This document shows, piece by piece, positions 48,205 through 57,675 of a DNA stretch of 64,000 bases; position 1 is the stretch's first letter, and each line of letters begins with the position of its first letter. Location: positions 13,249-77,248 of the IMG/VR virus record IMGVR_UViG_3300032954_000005; one strand, written 5' to 3'. This DNA is from a virus. The position numbers and the translations under genes are program-made. The notes below the pieces were generated by a model. That model saw only the letters and a list, made by a program, of their open reading frames with translations, ran no database searches and had not been told where the DNA came from.

Positions 48205-48953
48205 CGCGCAAGCCCCGTAAGCTGCGTGGCGAGCGACGACCACGTTCCCGCGCCCGGAATATTGGTTGCTTTCTCAACAATGTGCGTAAGTAACGAATCC
48301 TTAGGAAGCAGCGGCTGAAGCGACCCGTCGTGCGTTGCCTGAGACGTCTGGTCCCGCTGGCTCTGGGCCGGCAAAGGCTGCGTCGCCACGTTGACGATCG
48401 CCGGAATGATCTGCTGCAGGCTGATCACCGCCCGCAGGCCGCTGATCGTCTTATGGTCGTCGATCACGATAATGTTCTCGATGATCATGTTCGTGTAGGT
48501 GCGCAGCCGCGTGGTCAACGTCAGCGGCTGGCGCGACGCCTGAACGCTTAAAAACGTGTTGTAGGCCGACACCGACTTCGGCCCGCTGGCGTACGCCTTT
48601 GCATCGTAGCTGTCCATCGCATCCGACATGCCCACGCTCAGCTCCACACGCGCCGGAAGCAGGTACATGTGATCGGTGATCGGCGCCCCCGACTGCGTCG
48701 GATGCTGCGTCGCCACAGCCGGCTGCTGATGCAGGAGACGCAGTACGGCGTCGAAGTAGTAGTTCGTGGTGCCGCTTCCCGTCGTGGTCGTCATCACCGC
48801 GAGGCTCGTCTGCGGGGGCGCGTTCGTCCACTGCGGCGGGCGCCACGGCCCGCGCTGCGTGCTGGGCGCAGGCGGGGGCGCGATCGAAAAACGCAGCACC
48901 GTCCACGGCGCTTCTAAATTTCCCAGGATCGACTGTGAGCCAAAGTTTCCCAC
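48201..48953 (-). CDS. Dit-like/tail tube initiator protein
   Basis: FDAV...T.HP.QSGA.ITDH....P...TRLRTYTNM. Confidence 0.8.
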   Translation of the reverse strand: MGNFGSQSILGNLEAPWTVLRFSIAPPPAPSTQRGPWRPPQWTNAPPQTSLAVMTTTTGSGTTNYYFDAVLRLLHQQPAVATQHPTQSGAPITDHMYLLPARVELSVGMSDAMDSYDAKAYASGPKSVSAYNTFLSVQASRQPLTLTTRLRTYTNMIIENIIVIDDHKTISGLRAVISLQQIIPAIVNVATQPLPAQSQRDQTSQATHDGSLQPLLPKDSLLTHIVEKATNIPGAGTWSSLATQLTGLAR

Positions 48954-50612
48954 CTAGCGATAAACCCCCGTGGCCTGTGACAGCGTGCGCTGCGTCTTCT
49001 TTACCAGAGCGTCCTCGATCGCGTGAAGGACGACCGTCTCGATCTCCTCCTTTGACGCCCCGGGCTGCGTGATGTTAATGGTCACCCCTCCCACGTTAAG
49101 TTCCCGCTCCTCCACGTCGCGGGCATACTTTTGAACGCTCGCCGGGATCGCGCCGCCCGTGGCCAGCGCCCGCGCCAGCTTGTCGGGACCCCAGTTGTAA
49201 GCCTCCAGGGCGAGGGTCTCGTCCTTAAACTGCCTAAGCAGCTGCTGGTAGTAGCGAAGCCCGCCCGCGATGTTCTGCTCGTAGTTGAACGGGTCCTTCA
49301 CCCCCTCGCGAAGCGCAGTGTCGGGCATCAGCTGCATCACGCCCTTCTCGCCTGATGTGCCCACAGCGTTGGGGTTAAAGTCTGATTCCTGCTTCGCGAT
49401 GCCCAGGGCCAACCCAGGAGAGATCCCCAGGTTCTGCGCCGTGCTAATGATCGCCCTCACCACGCGGTCGCGCGTCTCCGCCAAGCTTTGTGCCATCGCG
49501 CCCGCGGGAACCCCTGGCGCGGGCGGCGCGGGCGGAAGCGTCGGGGGCCCGCCGATCGTCTCCTGCGGCATGGGCGTTTCGCCGTAACGGTTAAACAGGA
49601 ACCACTTGGCCCAGTCAACGATCTGCTTATCCTCGCGGGTAACCCCCAGCGCCCCCGTCGCCCCCGGCGCGGGCGACCTAACGCCGGCGAGCTGGTCCAC
49701 GCCTTGCCGAAACAGATCACCCGCCTTCTTAAACTCGCCGTGCCGCGCGGCGTCGAGCGCGTCGCCAAACTTGTCGAGCCCCTGAAACAGCAGCTTGATA
49801 TCGGCCCACGTCGTCTTGATTGCCGCGTCCACGTCGTCGATCGCCTTTAGGAGCTTCTCAAAGGTAAGCGGCCCCGCGAGCGCCTTGTCGCCCGTCAGCT
49901 CGCTCACCATGTGAACGAGCCCGGTCGCGACCTCCCGCGCCGCGGCGCCCAGGTCCTTCGCGATCTGCCACGCCTCCTTGAGCGCCGGCACCAGGTCCGT
50001 CGCGATCCCCCGGGAGATCTCCGGGATGCGCGCGATAAAGTTGTTAAGGTACTCGTCGAGCCGTTTCACGCCCTCCTGGCTGTCGAGCCCGAAGGCCCGC
50101 GCCAGGCTTACCACCACGCTCTGCCCCAAGTACTGAAACGCCACGCCCAGCTTCGTAAACTCAAAACGGATGTCGCGCAGATTGCGCATCTGCCGCTGGT
50201 AATCGCCGCCCAGCTGCTTTTGAAGTAAAGCCTGCTCCTGGATCAGCTCACGAAAGCGCTCACGCAGCTCAGGGTTCCACGCGATCTGGTCGAGGGAGTA
50301 GCCCAGCGCCTCGGACGCGATCTTCATCTTTTTCGCCGCGTCCACCGACATGTACATCTGCATCGCGTAGAGCTGAAAGTCAAGCTCCCCCTGGGACACG
50401 CTGTTTGCGAGCCCTACGGTCGCCGTGGCGATCGCCGCATACGCTCCGACGATCGAACCCGTCAGCTTTACGAACATGTTGCCCAATCCGACGGTATGGT
50501 GCTCCACCTCCCGCTGTACCTTCGCCAGCGTCTGCTCGAACTGCGCCATCTGGTTGGTATCAATCTGCCAGCCCAGCGCGACGAGATAACTTTTGATGAC
50601 GTCGGTGTCCAT
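48954..50612 (-). CDS. Tape measure protein with lytic transglycosylase (SLT) domain
   Basis: IKSYLVALG start and long helical region; QESDFNPNA...GVMQLMP...AYNWG. Confidence 0.9.
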   Translation of the reverse strand: MDTDVIKSYLVALGWQIDTNQMAQFEQTLAKVQREVEHHTVGLGNMFVKLTGSIVGAYAAIATATVGLANSVSQGELDFQLYAMQMYMSVDAAKKMKIASEALGYSLDQIAWNPELRERFRELIQEQALLQKQLGGDYQRQMRNLRDIRFEFTKLGVAFQYLGQSVVVSLARAFGLDSQEGVKRLDEYLNNFIARIPEISRGIATDLVPALKEAWQIAKDLGAAAREVATGLVHMVSELTGDKALAGPLTFEKLLKAIDDVDAAIKTTWADIKLLFQGLDKFGDALDAARHGEFKKAGDLFRQGVDQLAGVRSPAPGATGALGVTREDKQIVDWAKWFLFNRYGETPMPQETIGGPPTLPPAPPAPGVPAGAMAQSLAETRDRVVRAIISTAQNLGISPGLALGIAKQESDFNPNAVGTSGEKGVMQLMPDTALREGVKDPFNYEQNIAGGLRYYQQLLRQFKDETLALEAYNWGPDKLARALATGGAIPASVQKYARDVEERELNVGGVTINITQPGASKEEIETVVLHAIEDALVKKTQRTLSQATGVYR

Positions 50613-51237
50613 CAGCGGTTCCTTATTTCGTCCAGGTATGCGGCCTCGTTCAGCTTATTTTCCTCGATAACGTCAAGAAGCAGGTTGATCTCGATGAGGT
50701 CATCGACCGTGTAGGTGCCGTCCCACGTCTCGTGCTGCCGCCACAGTCCCGCCGCCACGGGCCGAAGCAGAAAAGCATCTAGGCCCCGGCCGTCGGCAGG
50801 CTTAAAGCCGAGAACGACTTCTCGATCTCCTTTTGGACGGATGGGTCGAAAAAACCCGCAACGTTAAACACCAGCGCGTGCACGGTCAGGATAAGTATCG
50901 TTACCGCGTCCGTCTCCAGGTCAGGAAAATTAAACCTCCCCGACGCGTGCACGATGGGCTGCGCTACCTCCTCCCCGTTCGCCCCCACGGGCTCCAGGCG
51001 ATGACAGGAGGCGAGGCAATGATTTTGTAAGTTGCGAAAATCAGCTTCGCTTATGTGAGCGCTGCGCTTAGCCCCCTCGGGAAGCGCTACGCCCTCGCGG
51101 GCGATCGAGGCCTCCACGGCGGAGGGCAGAAGGTAGCTGGCAAGCTGCACCGCCAGCCAGCTTCCCGTGCGAGGGTCCATCTTCATAATTTGGTAACGGT
51201 GCTTATTAAGCTCAAGCGTCTTAGAAGTTTCGCGCAT
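50612..51237 (-). CDS. Tail assembly chaperone G (50779-51237) and frameshifted GT product (stop at 50612-50614)
   Basis: In-frame G GGT TTT TTC at 50857-50848; -1 frame open through RPVAAGLW...GTYTVDDL to TGA. Confidence 0.8.
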
Positions 51238-51260
51238 AGTTTTATGTCTCCCAGCTTTGC

Positions 51261-51713
51261 CTAGCTAGTCACCAGCTGAATGCTGTTCGCCGCCATCAGG
51301 TGCCACACGAGCTTTTCTCCCTGCGCCGCGTAGACCTTGTTAGGCAGCTTCGTCGGGCTCATGCCCGACAGGTAGTGCGACGTTCCGTCCACCAGGTTGC
51401 GCGTGCTGGCCGTCATCGCGGCCCAGGTGGACACGTCGCCCAGGTCAGCCGGCACCTTCACCGCGTTAAACCAGGTCACGAGAAAGTCGTGAAGGTCCGA
51501 GGTCTGTTGCACCTCGATGTCCATGGTGCCGTTGTCGCCGGCGATGTATGAAACCATCACCGAGCCGTCCGCCGAAACGTCGTGCACCGTGCGCTCCGTC
51601 GTCATCTCAATGGTGATGCGGCCGAGGCCGATGTTTCCCCCGTTGAGCGCGAACCCTCCCACCAGGGGGTGAAACAGGGCGCCGGCCAGGTCCTTAAACG
51701 AGTACGTTGTCAT
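51261..51713 (-). CDS. Tail tube protein (DUF3277-like)
   Basis: TYSFKD...ADG.VM.S...G...I...QTS; follows the sheath gene. Confidence 0.85.
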   Translation of the reverse strand: MTTYSFKDLAGALFHPLVGGFALNGGNIGLGRITIEMTTERTVHDVSADGSVMVSYIAGDNGTMDIEVQQTSDLHDFLVTWFNAVKVPADLGDVSTWAAMTASTRNLVDGTSHYLSGMSPTKLPNKVYAAQGEKLVWHLMAANSIQLVTS

Positions 51714-51722
51714 ATGTCTCCT

Positions 51723-53138
51723 TTACTGTTGAACCAGCACGTTGATGACCACGAAGTGCACCGCCCCCGCCTCGATGATCGCGGCGTAGATCGGCTGCGC
51801 CTTGCGCGCTGCGCGGTCACCCGGCGAAAGCTGGCTCATCGGTAGCGCCAGCGTAAGGTACCCCAGCGGCAAAGGCGTCCCGGGCAGCAGCTTGTTCAGG
51901 ATCGCCACACCATTCCAAACTCCCGGAGCGATGTACCCAATCGAGACCGAGTTGTCGAGCGCCAGGTTGACCGCATGGATCAGCTGCTGCTCGCCCGCGT
52001 CGGTCTGCGGAATCGCCGGGTTCGCCACCAGCAGGTTCATTACATTGTACTGGATGTTCGCCGCCAGCACGTCGCGGTTGATCGTCTGGTAGAAGAACGT
52101 TCCCCCGGGCGTGATTCCCTCCTGGAGAATCGTGTACACGTTCGCGTAGCTCGCATAGATGTTGCCGTTCTTCCCACCCACGCCCTGCTGGCCGCAGACG
52201 TAGCCCACCTGGGTCGCCGTCAGCGGCTCGTACGCCACGCCCTTGATCGACTTGAACTTCGCCGTGTAGAAGCTCCCCGCGAGTCCAGTGTTCAGGGCCA
52301 GGAGGCAGCCCATCACCGCCGCTCCGCCGTAAGCGTTATTAGGGTATGTCCCGCCCTGGGTGGTCGTGTAGATGCCCAGGCTGCGCGACGACCCTGTGTT
52401 CTTCAGATAAGTGAAGATGTCGGTCGTCGCCTGGGTCGGAACGTCCGAGTCAGCCGTGTTGAAAAAGTAAAACGCCAGCGGTTGCACCGCCTGAACGTAC
52501 GCCGCGATCGCCTCGTGATCGGCCTTCACCGCGCCGCAGCAGTATACCCCGTACCAGATAAACGACGCCGCGCGGCAGTACTGGGTCGCCTGAAGAAGCG
52601 TCTCGCTCGCCACGGCGACGATGTCCACCTCACAGCCCGTGCCCGCGCCACCCGTGGTGCCGATGGCCGTCCCGGTGGAGTATCCCGTGCCGTCCTGAAC
52701 GATGGTGATACCGGTAACCGCGCCGTTCGCGCCGAGGCTTGTGACCTGGACGGTTCCCGCCACGCCGCCGTCCACGCCCAGCACGTCGCCCACGAGGTAG
52801 CCCGTGCCCCCCGACCCGCTGTGCACGATGACGTTCGACAGGCTGGACGCCGTCGCGTCCTGCCGGCCGATCCACACGTACGTCGGCGCCGGCGTCTGAG
52901 AGAAGTAAAGCTCAGCGGCGATATACTCCGGGTCGGTCGGCTGAAAGCCGTCTCCCGCCATGCCCACCAAGCTGGTGTACTGCCGAATCCGCGAGTTCGC
53001 GCCCCAGCTGGGAATGTGAGTCGAGGAACCGATGATCAGGCCCTGGTTAAAGGCCGGGGGCGATGCCGCGTTGGCCGAAACCTCGACGATTACATCAACG
53101 ATCGTCTGAAGCGAAAGTGTATTTGGAACTGAAGCCAT
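51723..53138 (-). CDS. Tail sheath protein (DUF3383-like)
   Basis: PEYIAAELYFSQTP.P...IGR; IPQTDAG; R.ARKA..I....AGAVH.V. Confidence 0.92.
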   Translation of the reverse strand: MASVPNTLSLQTIVDVIVEVSANAASPPAFNQGLIIGSSTHIPSWGANSRIRQYTSLVGMAGDGFQPTDPEYIAAELYFSQTPAPTYVWIGRQDATASSLSNVIVHSGSGGTGYLVGDVLGVDGGVAGTVQVTSLGANGAVTGITIVQDGTGYSTGTAIGTTGGAGTGCEVDIVAVASETLLQATQYCRAASFIWYGVYCCGAVKADHEAIAAYVQAVQPLAFYFFNTADSDVPTQATTDIFTYLKNTGSSRSLGIYTTTQGGTYPNNAYGGAAVMGCLLALNTGLAGSFYTAKFKSIKGVAYEPLTATQVGYVCGQQGVGGKNGNIYASYANVYTILQEGITPGGTFFYQTINRDVLAANIQYNVMNLLVANPAIPQTDAGEQQLIHAVNLALDNSVSIGYIAPGVWNGVAILNKLLPGTPLPLGYLTLALPMSQLSPGDRAARKAQPIYAAIIEAGAVHFVVINVLVQQ

Positions 53139-53150
53139 TTTAATTCCTTT

Positions 53151-53732
53151 CTAGTCGTTAACGCTAACCGTAAAGTCAGCCACCACGCCGGCCGCCGTGT
53201 TCAGCAGCACCTCGACCGACGCCACGCTCGGCACTGTCGCGTACTCCGTCACCGCCTCGTTGAAGCGCGCGCTGAAGTCCACGCGCTCCCACCACTGCCC
53301 GTCCTGCACCTCGGGCAGGCGCCGCGGCTCCGCCAGCTCGCTCACGAGGTAAAGGTTCAACGCCGCCAGCGCGTCGTGCGTCGTTGGGTAAAACAAGCCG
53401 CTGCGCACGCGCCGCGCCCAGTCGAAGCTGTTGGGCCCATATAAATTCCAAAAAAATTCCCAAATTCTCGTGTACGTAACAGTAATCTGAAGCGCGGTGG
53501 GTGACGTGTTCGCGAGCGCGAAGTCGCGCACGCGGTTGTAGTCATCGTCCACCGTTAGGCCGCGCACGTAGCAGACGTCCGTCGTCGGAGGTGCGAACGG
53601 CTGCCCCAGCGGCTGCCACCCCACGCGCACCTGGTCGAACGCCGTCGCCGGCAAGCTAAGCATGGTGAGCGTCACCGCCTGCATAACTGTTTCTGCTTGA
53701 ATAGGTGTTAACGCGATGTCAGTTGGCATCAT
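53151..53732 (-). CDS. Tail terminator/neck protein
   Basis: VRVGWQ..GQP...YGPNS...WWERVD; synteny. Confidence 0.75.
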   Translation of the reverse strand: MMPTDIALTPIQAETVMQAVTLTMLSLPATAFDQVRVGWQPLGQPFAPPTTDVCYVRGLTVDDDYNRVRDFALANTSPTALQITVTYTRIWEFFWNLYGPNSFDWARRVRSGLFYPTTHDALAALNLYLVSELAEPRRLPEVQDGQWWERVDFSARFNEAVTEYATVPSVASVEVLLNTAAGVVADFTVSVND

Positions 53733-54441
53733 AAAACCCACATTCTGTAAGCAATTTAATGCGCCAAGACTGACTACGGTTATGCCGAGCATTTATTAAG
53801 GCAGCTTTATGAGAAGCAGTAAAGGGTTTTCCTGCTAAACTTTTTGAAACTCTACGTACGTGCTCAGCGCTTAGTTTTCTACCTTTTAACCCTGCTGATA
53901 TGCTTTCTCTGTGACTTAAAGTGAGATGGCTACCGCGCGGAACAACGTTGTAACGATTTTTACGTATCTTAGCTCGGGTAGCTTTTGAAGCACGTTTGCC
54001 TCGTCGAATATCTCCATGAGCTTTTCGTTTTTCATGAGTCCAAGCCGCGCGTATAGCTGCTGCGATTCTTCTACAAACTTCTCGAGGCACCTTCTTACCT
54101 AGACGTAGTTTCTTACCTTTATTTGCAATGGACAACTTCAATCTGGTTTCAATTGAAGCGCCTGTAATACCATCGCCACCGTCTGTCAAGTTATAGCCGT
54201 TTGGAGATTTGCAATTCCAACGTCGAATCCATAACACTTCCTTTTTCTTTAACTCATCTAACGTTCGCGCAATTGCTAGCACTTTCCAACTAAAGTTTTG
54301 AAAACCGTACTTCTTTATAGCATGTTGAATCGGAGTCGCATTTCTTTGAAAGTGTACCTTAATTCTATTCTCAGCAAGACCTTTAGTCATGCCTACATAA
54401 CGCTTGCCATTCAACTTATTTATCAATCCGTAGATCTGCAT
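53719..54441 (-). mobile_element. Free-standing GIY-YIG homing endonuclease with NUMOD3-like repeats
   Basis: IYGLINKLNGKRYVG...AIKKYG..NF...GYNLTDGGDG...ETRLKLS; sharply lower GC. Confidence 0.9.
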
Positions 54442-54821
54442 TAGGCGCCAATCATACGAGCAGCTATGGCTTTAAAATATCCACGATTTTGATAATTCCT
54501 AACAATCAGCACGCGGAAGCTCACCCCGTTCCAGATCAGTATGTCGCTCGTCATGCCGGGCTGCGGGTTCAGCTGCGTGGTGTACAGCGGCTGCGTGGAG
54601 TGGAACGTGCGCAGCTCGTGGGCGCGGTCCGCCTCGGGAATCATCTCGAGCTCCTTCCCGCTGGGCGTCGATACCACGCCGTAGCCGTCAAGCTGCACGC
54701 GCTGCTCCTGCCACCCGCCCGCGACAAACTGCCCATCATAGGAACGGCTGATTACGTAGGGATACGACTCATCGAGCCCCGCGCCGTCGATCACGTCCGA
54801 AAGGTCGATCTCATTGCTCAC
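54441..54821 (-). CDS. Head closure/head-tail joining protein
   Basis: ELEMIPEADR...SDILIWNG..FRV; synteny. Confidence 0.75.
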   Translation of the reverse strand: MSNEIDLSDVIDGAGLDESYPYVISRSYDGQFVAGGWQEQRVQLDGYGVVSTPSGKELEMIPEADRAHELRTFHSTQPLYTTQLNPQPGMTSDILIWNGVSFRVLIVRNYQNRGYFKAIAARMIGA

Positions 54822-55399
54822 TTTGCTGTCCCGATCACGTAGACGATCGCGCGCCGCAGCTCACCCTTATCGATGAGCGGGCGGTCGCTGCCTTTTTGAG
54901 CTATTGTACTTGGAGCGTTGGGCGCCCATTTATTTGGTCCCGTGAACCAAGCGCGCACCGCGTTCTGCGCCTCCTGTCCCGCGCGGCGAATGTAGAAGAT
55001 CATCCCCCGCTTGTCTCCCTCTAAGGCCGCCGCCCCCGCATCCTTGAGCTCGTTCTCAATGTTTACCTTATCAGCCTCAATCGCGGGCTCGATGATGGGC
55101 CGCGGCGGAATGCGCCACAGCGGCGACCCGTGCGTATGGACGTACAGCGACAGCGCCGCTCCGTACGTCGCGCCGCGCTTCAGCGCAGGCGCCATCGCCG
55201 CGCGCATCGCCGTTGCGCGCACGCCCTGCGTGTGCAGGTACGCCAGCTGGGCGTTCGTGATCCCGCCTGACTGGCGCGCCGCCTTGTCCTCGGGAACCCC
55301 TACGAACACACGCACGTTTCCCAGCTCAGCGAGGGACGCCGCGCGCTCCTTCGCGGATATTTTTTCCACGCCCGTCAATGTCACCGTCGGTCTAATCAT
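54818..55399 (-). CDS. Neck/tail completion protein
   Basis: VGVP...NA.LA...IPPRP...PNAPSTI..KGSDRPLID.G.LRRAI.Y. Confidence 0.85.
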   Translation of the reverse strand: MIRPTVTLTGVEKISAKERAASLAELGNVRVFVGVPEDKAARQSGGITNAQLAYLHTQGVRATAMRAAMAPALKRGATYGAALSLYVHTHGSPLWRIPPRPIIEPAIEADKVNIENELKDAGAAALEGDKRGMIFYIRRAGQEAQNAVRAWFTGPNKWAPNAPSTIAQKGSDRPLIDKGELRRAIVYVIGTAK

Positions 55400-55513
55400 A
55401 GAAATTGCGCCGGGGCGGGCCGAGCGGGAGAACGCCCCTGCCTGTCAGGGCAAGCGCGACTATGCGCTAGCGCCCGGCCCGCTCCCGGCACCTCAACGCG
55501 CCCACGTGCAGCG

Positions 55514-55798
55514 CTAGCTTTTTGAAACGTCAGGAACAAGCTTCATCCTATTATTGAAGTTAGGATGCGTCGAAGCCAAAGCGCCGGTCTCAGCAGGAAA
55601 CAACGCTAGCACGTCATCAACGTGCAAGCAGTCCTTAAGGTCCGGACACGGATCCTGCGGGCTGATAATCGCAAGCTTTCCATTACAGTCGTTGTTTCCC
55701 GCGGTTGCGTCGTACAAAATACCGACGACGGGCCCGCCGTAGCCAAACTTTACAACCTTGTCGCCGTTCTTCGCTGGCCTTCCATTTGCGTAATGCAT
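55514..55798 (-). CDS. Hypothetical protein (MHYANGRPAKNGDKVV)
   Basis: AAAGGA RBS; moron-like insertion in the neck module. Confidence 0.65.
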   Translation of the reverse strand: MHYANGRPAKNGDKVVKFGYGGPVVGILYDATAGNNDCNGKLAIISPQDPCPDLKDCLHVDDVLALFPAETGALASTHPNFNNRMKLVPDVSKS

Positions 55799-55814
55799 CT
55801 AACGTCCTTTCTTT

Positions 55815-56012
55815 TTAGTCATGCCTTGGGCACCCTGCCTCGGGCACGAAGCCGTACGGCGCGACCCACTCGCAGCAGTAAGTGTCGCGATGAACCCGCG
55901 GATCAAGCAGGTTCATCAGCGCGCAAAACTCATCGCTGTACCAATGCGCGCGTATCGGCACCTTGTTCATCAACACGCAGAAGCCATGTGGGTACCGAGC
56001 TACGCCGTTCAC
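55815..56012 (-). CDS. 65-aa Cys-containing hypothetical protein
   Basis: GTGA overlap with the upstream stop; CCEWVAPYGFVPEAGCPRHD. Confidence 0.45.
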   Translation of the reverse strand: MNGVARYPHGFCVLMNKVPIRAHWYSDEFCALMNLLDPRVHRDTYCCEWVAPYGFVPEAGCPRHD

Positions 56013-56959
56013 CACAGCAACACCATGCCCATGCCCGCGATCTTCGCCAGCGTCGCGAACTGCGTCCCATAACGCGTCTCCGTCCACGCGGCCCAGTCCT
56101 CCAGCCCGCTCACCAGCTGCGACGAGGCGCTGACGTCTCCCGCGCTGCGCGACAGCATGATCCCGTGTTCCAGGCCCGACGCCGCGACCTGCCCCGCCGT
56201 AACTCCGGGGTTTCCCTCCGCCTGGAGGTACAGTGTACAGAAGTGCGCGACGAACAGCTCCATCCCCAGGTACCACTGCTCCATCCAGCGCCCGTACGCG
56301 AGGGACGCCTGCGCCAGGTTAATGTACGCCACCAGCGCCGGGAGCGGCACCACGGGAAGGTTGTAGATCGTAAGTGCATCTCCCGCGGCGTTCAGCTGCG
56401 CCGGGTTGCTCATGACCAGGCTCAGCGGCGACAGGCTCCCGATCGAGGCGATCGTCGACCCGGGCGCCAACGCCTTCGCCGCGTCGAACACCGCCTCAGA
56501 AACCGACAGCCCCGCGATGGAGCTTACGATCACCACGTCGCTCCCCTCGGTGGTCTGAAGCGTGGGCGACAGCACGCCGCCTGTCGCATTCAGCAGCACG
56601 TCGTTCACCGCCGTCGCCACCGCGGGCGCGCTCAACGTCAGCGCGTAGGTCCCTACCGCCAGGAGGCTCGTCGCGGGCGGGATTCCTCGCGCCGCGTCGC
56701 TCACCCACAGCCCGGGAAGCAGGCTGGTGGCGACGTTGACCGCAACTACGCTGCTCCCCAGGGTCAGGGTCGCCTCGGGCGGCGGGCTCAGCGCCGCGCC
56801 TCCGAACTTCGAGCGCACCGCCAGGAACTCATTCACCCCCCAGGGAGGGTTCCCGCCCGGCGCGACGTAGTTCAGCGCAGCAACGATATTCTGCGTCTGC
56901 TCGTAGTACCCGCCCCACCACTGTGAGAGAAGCTGGTTAACATCAGGCATCGTGCCCAT
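56009..56959 (-). CDS. Head-tail adaptor (DUF4054-like) with inserted domains
   Basis: LFVAHFCTL...SRSAGDVS.S...W..TRYG.QF...G.G. Confidence 0.82.
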   Translation of the reverse strand: MGTMPDVNQLLSQWWGGYYEQTQNIVAALNYVAPGGNPPWGVNEFLAVRSKFGGAALSPPPEATLTLGSSVVAVNVATSLLPGLWVSDAARGIPPATSLLAVGTYALTLSAPAVATAVNDVLLNATGGVLSPTLQTTEGSDVVIVSSIAGLSVSEAVFDAAKALAPGSTIASIGSLSPLSLVMSNPAQLNAAGDALTIYNLPVVPLPALVAYINLAQASLAYGRWMEQWYLGMELFVAHFCTLYLQAEGNPGVTAGQVAASGLEHGIMLSRSAGDVSASSQLVSGLEDWAAWTETRYGTQFATLAKIAGMGMVLLW

Positions 56960-57196
56960 CTAGCTTTTCTCCGGGGGCTTCGTAAACCAGCCGCGAATGA
57001 CAGCGTACTCCGCCGTCCCAAACGCGATCCAAAATCGATGCCACCCTGCCTGCGTAAACAGGCTCCCGTCGGCGACGTAGCTATACCCCTGGGTGGAGAT
57101 AAACGACGCCGCCCCCACCTCCACGGTAAGAAGAAACGCCCTTACCGTGGGGTGCGCTGCGAGGTAGGCCTTCACCCAGTTCAGCAGCTTGCTCAT
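56960..57196 (-). CDS. Small membrane protein, holin-like candidate
   Basis: 78 aa with two moderately hydrophobic segments and a charged C-terminus; GGAGG RBS. Confidence 0.4.
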   Translation of the reverse strand: MSKLLNWVKAYLAAHPTVRAFLLTVEVGAASFISTQGYSYVADGSLFTQAGWHRFWIAFGTAEYAVIRGWFTKPPEKS

Positions 57197-57264
57197 CTTA
57201 AAACCCTCCTAGAGAATAAACCGGGTAACCTTGAGGGTAGCCCGCCGCTACCCGGTTTTGTTCC

Positions 57265-57660
57265 CTATTTCGTCTTCGCGGCCTTCTGCTGCTGTGCAGT
57301 GTCCAGCGCCGCCTTGTCAGCCGCGGCCTTCTCCGCCGCAGCCTTCTCGGCAGCTTCCTTTTCCGCCGCGGCCTTCTCCGCCGCGGCTGTGTCAACGGCG
57401 GGCACCGCTACCGCGGGCGCCGCCTGAACCACGATCGCGTCTCCGTCATTTAGCGCCATCTTAAAGATGGGCTCGTCGGCGACCCAGTCAGGAACGTCCT
57501 GAAACTTATCGACTTCCGTTTCGAAGAACGCCTCGGTAAAGTCGCGTTGGCCCGCGACCAGCTGCACGTTGCCCGTGCCGCCCGTGGGCTTCTCCGGCGC
57601 GGAGAGCAGCGACACTCCCGGCCGGAGAAACCGCAGCTTACACTTCGTATAGATGCGCAT
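57265..57660 (-). CDS. Post-capsid protein with AEKAA repeats
   Basis: DVPDWV...F..A..DG.. followed by a low-complexity AEKAA tail. Confidence 0.7.
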   Translation of the reverse strand: MRIYTKCKLRFLRPGVSLLSAPEKPTGGTGNVQLVAGQRDFTEAFFETEVDKFQDVPDWVADEPIFKMALNDGDAIVVQAAPAVAVPAVDTAAAEKAAAEKEAAEKAAAEKAAADKAALDTAQQQKAAKTK

Positions 57661-57675
57661 AGTTTTATTCTCCCG

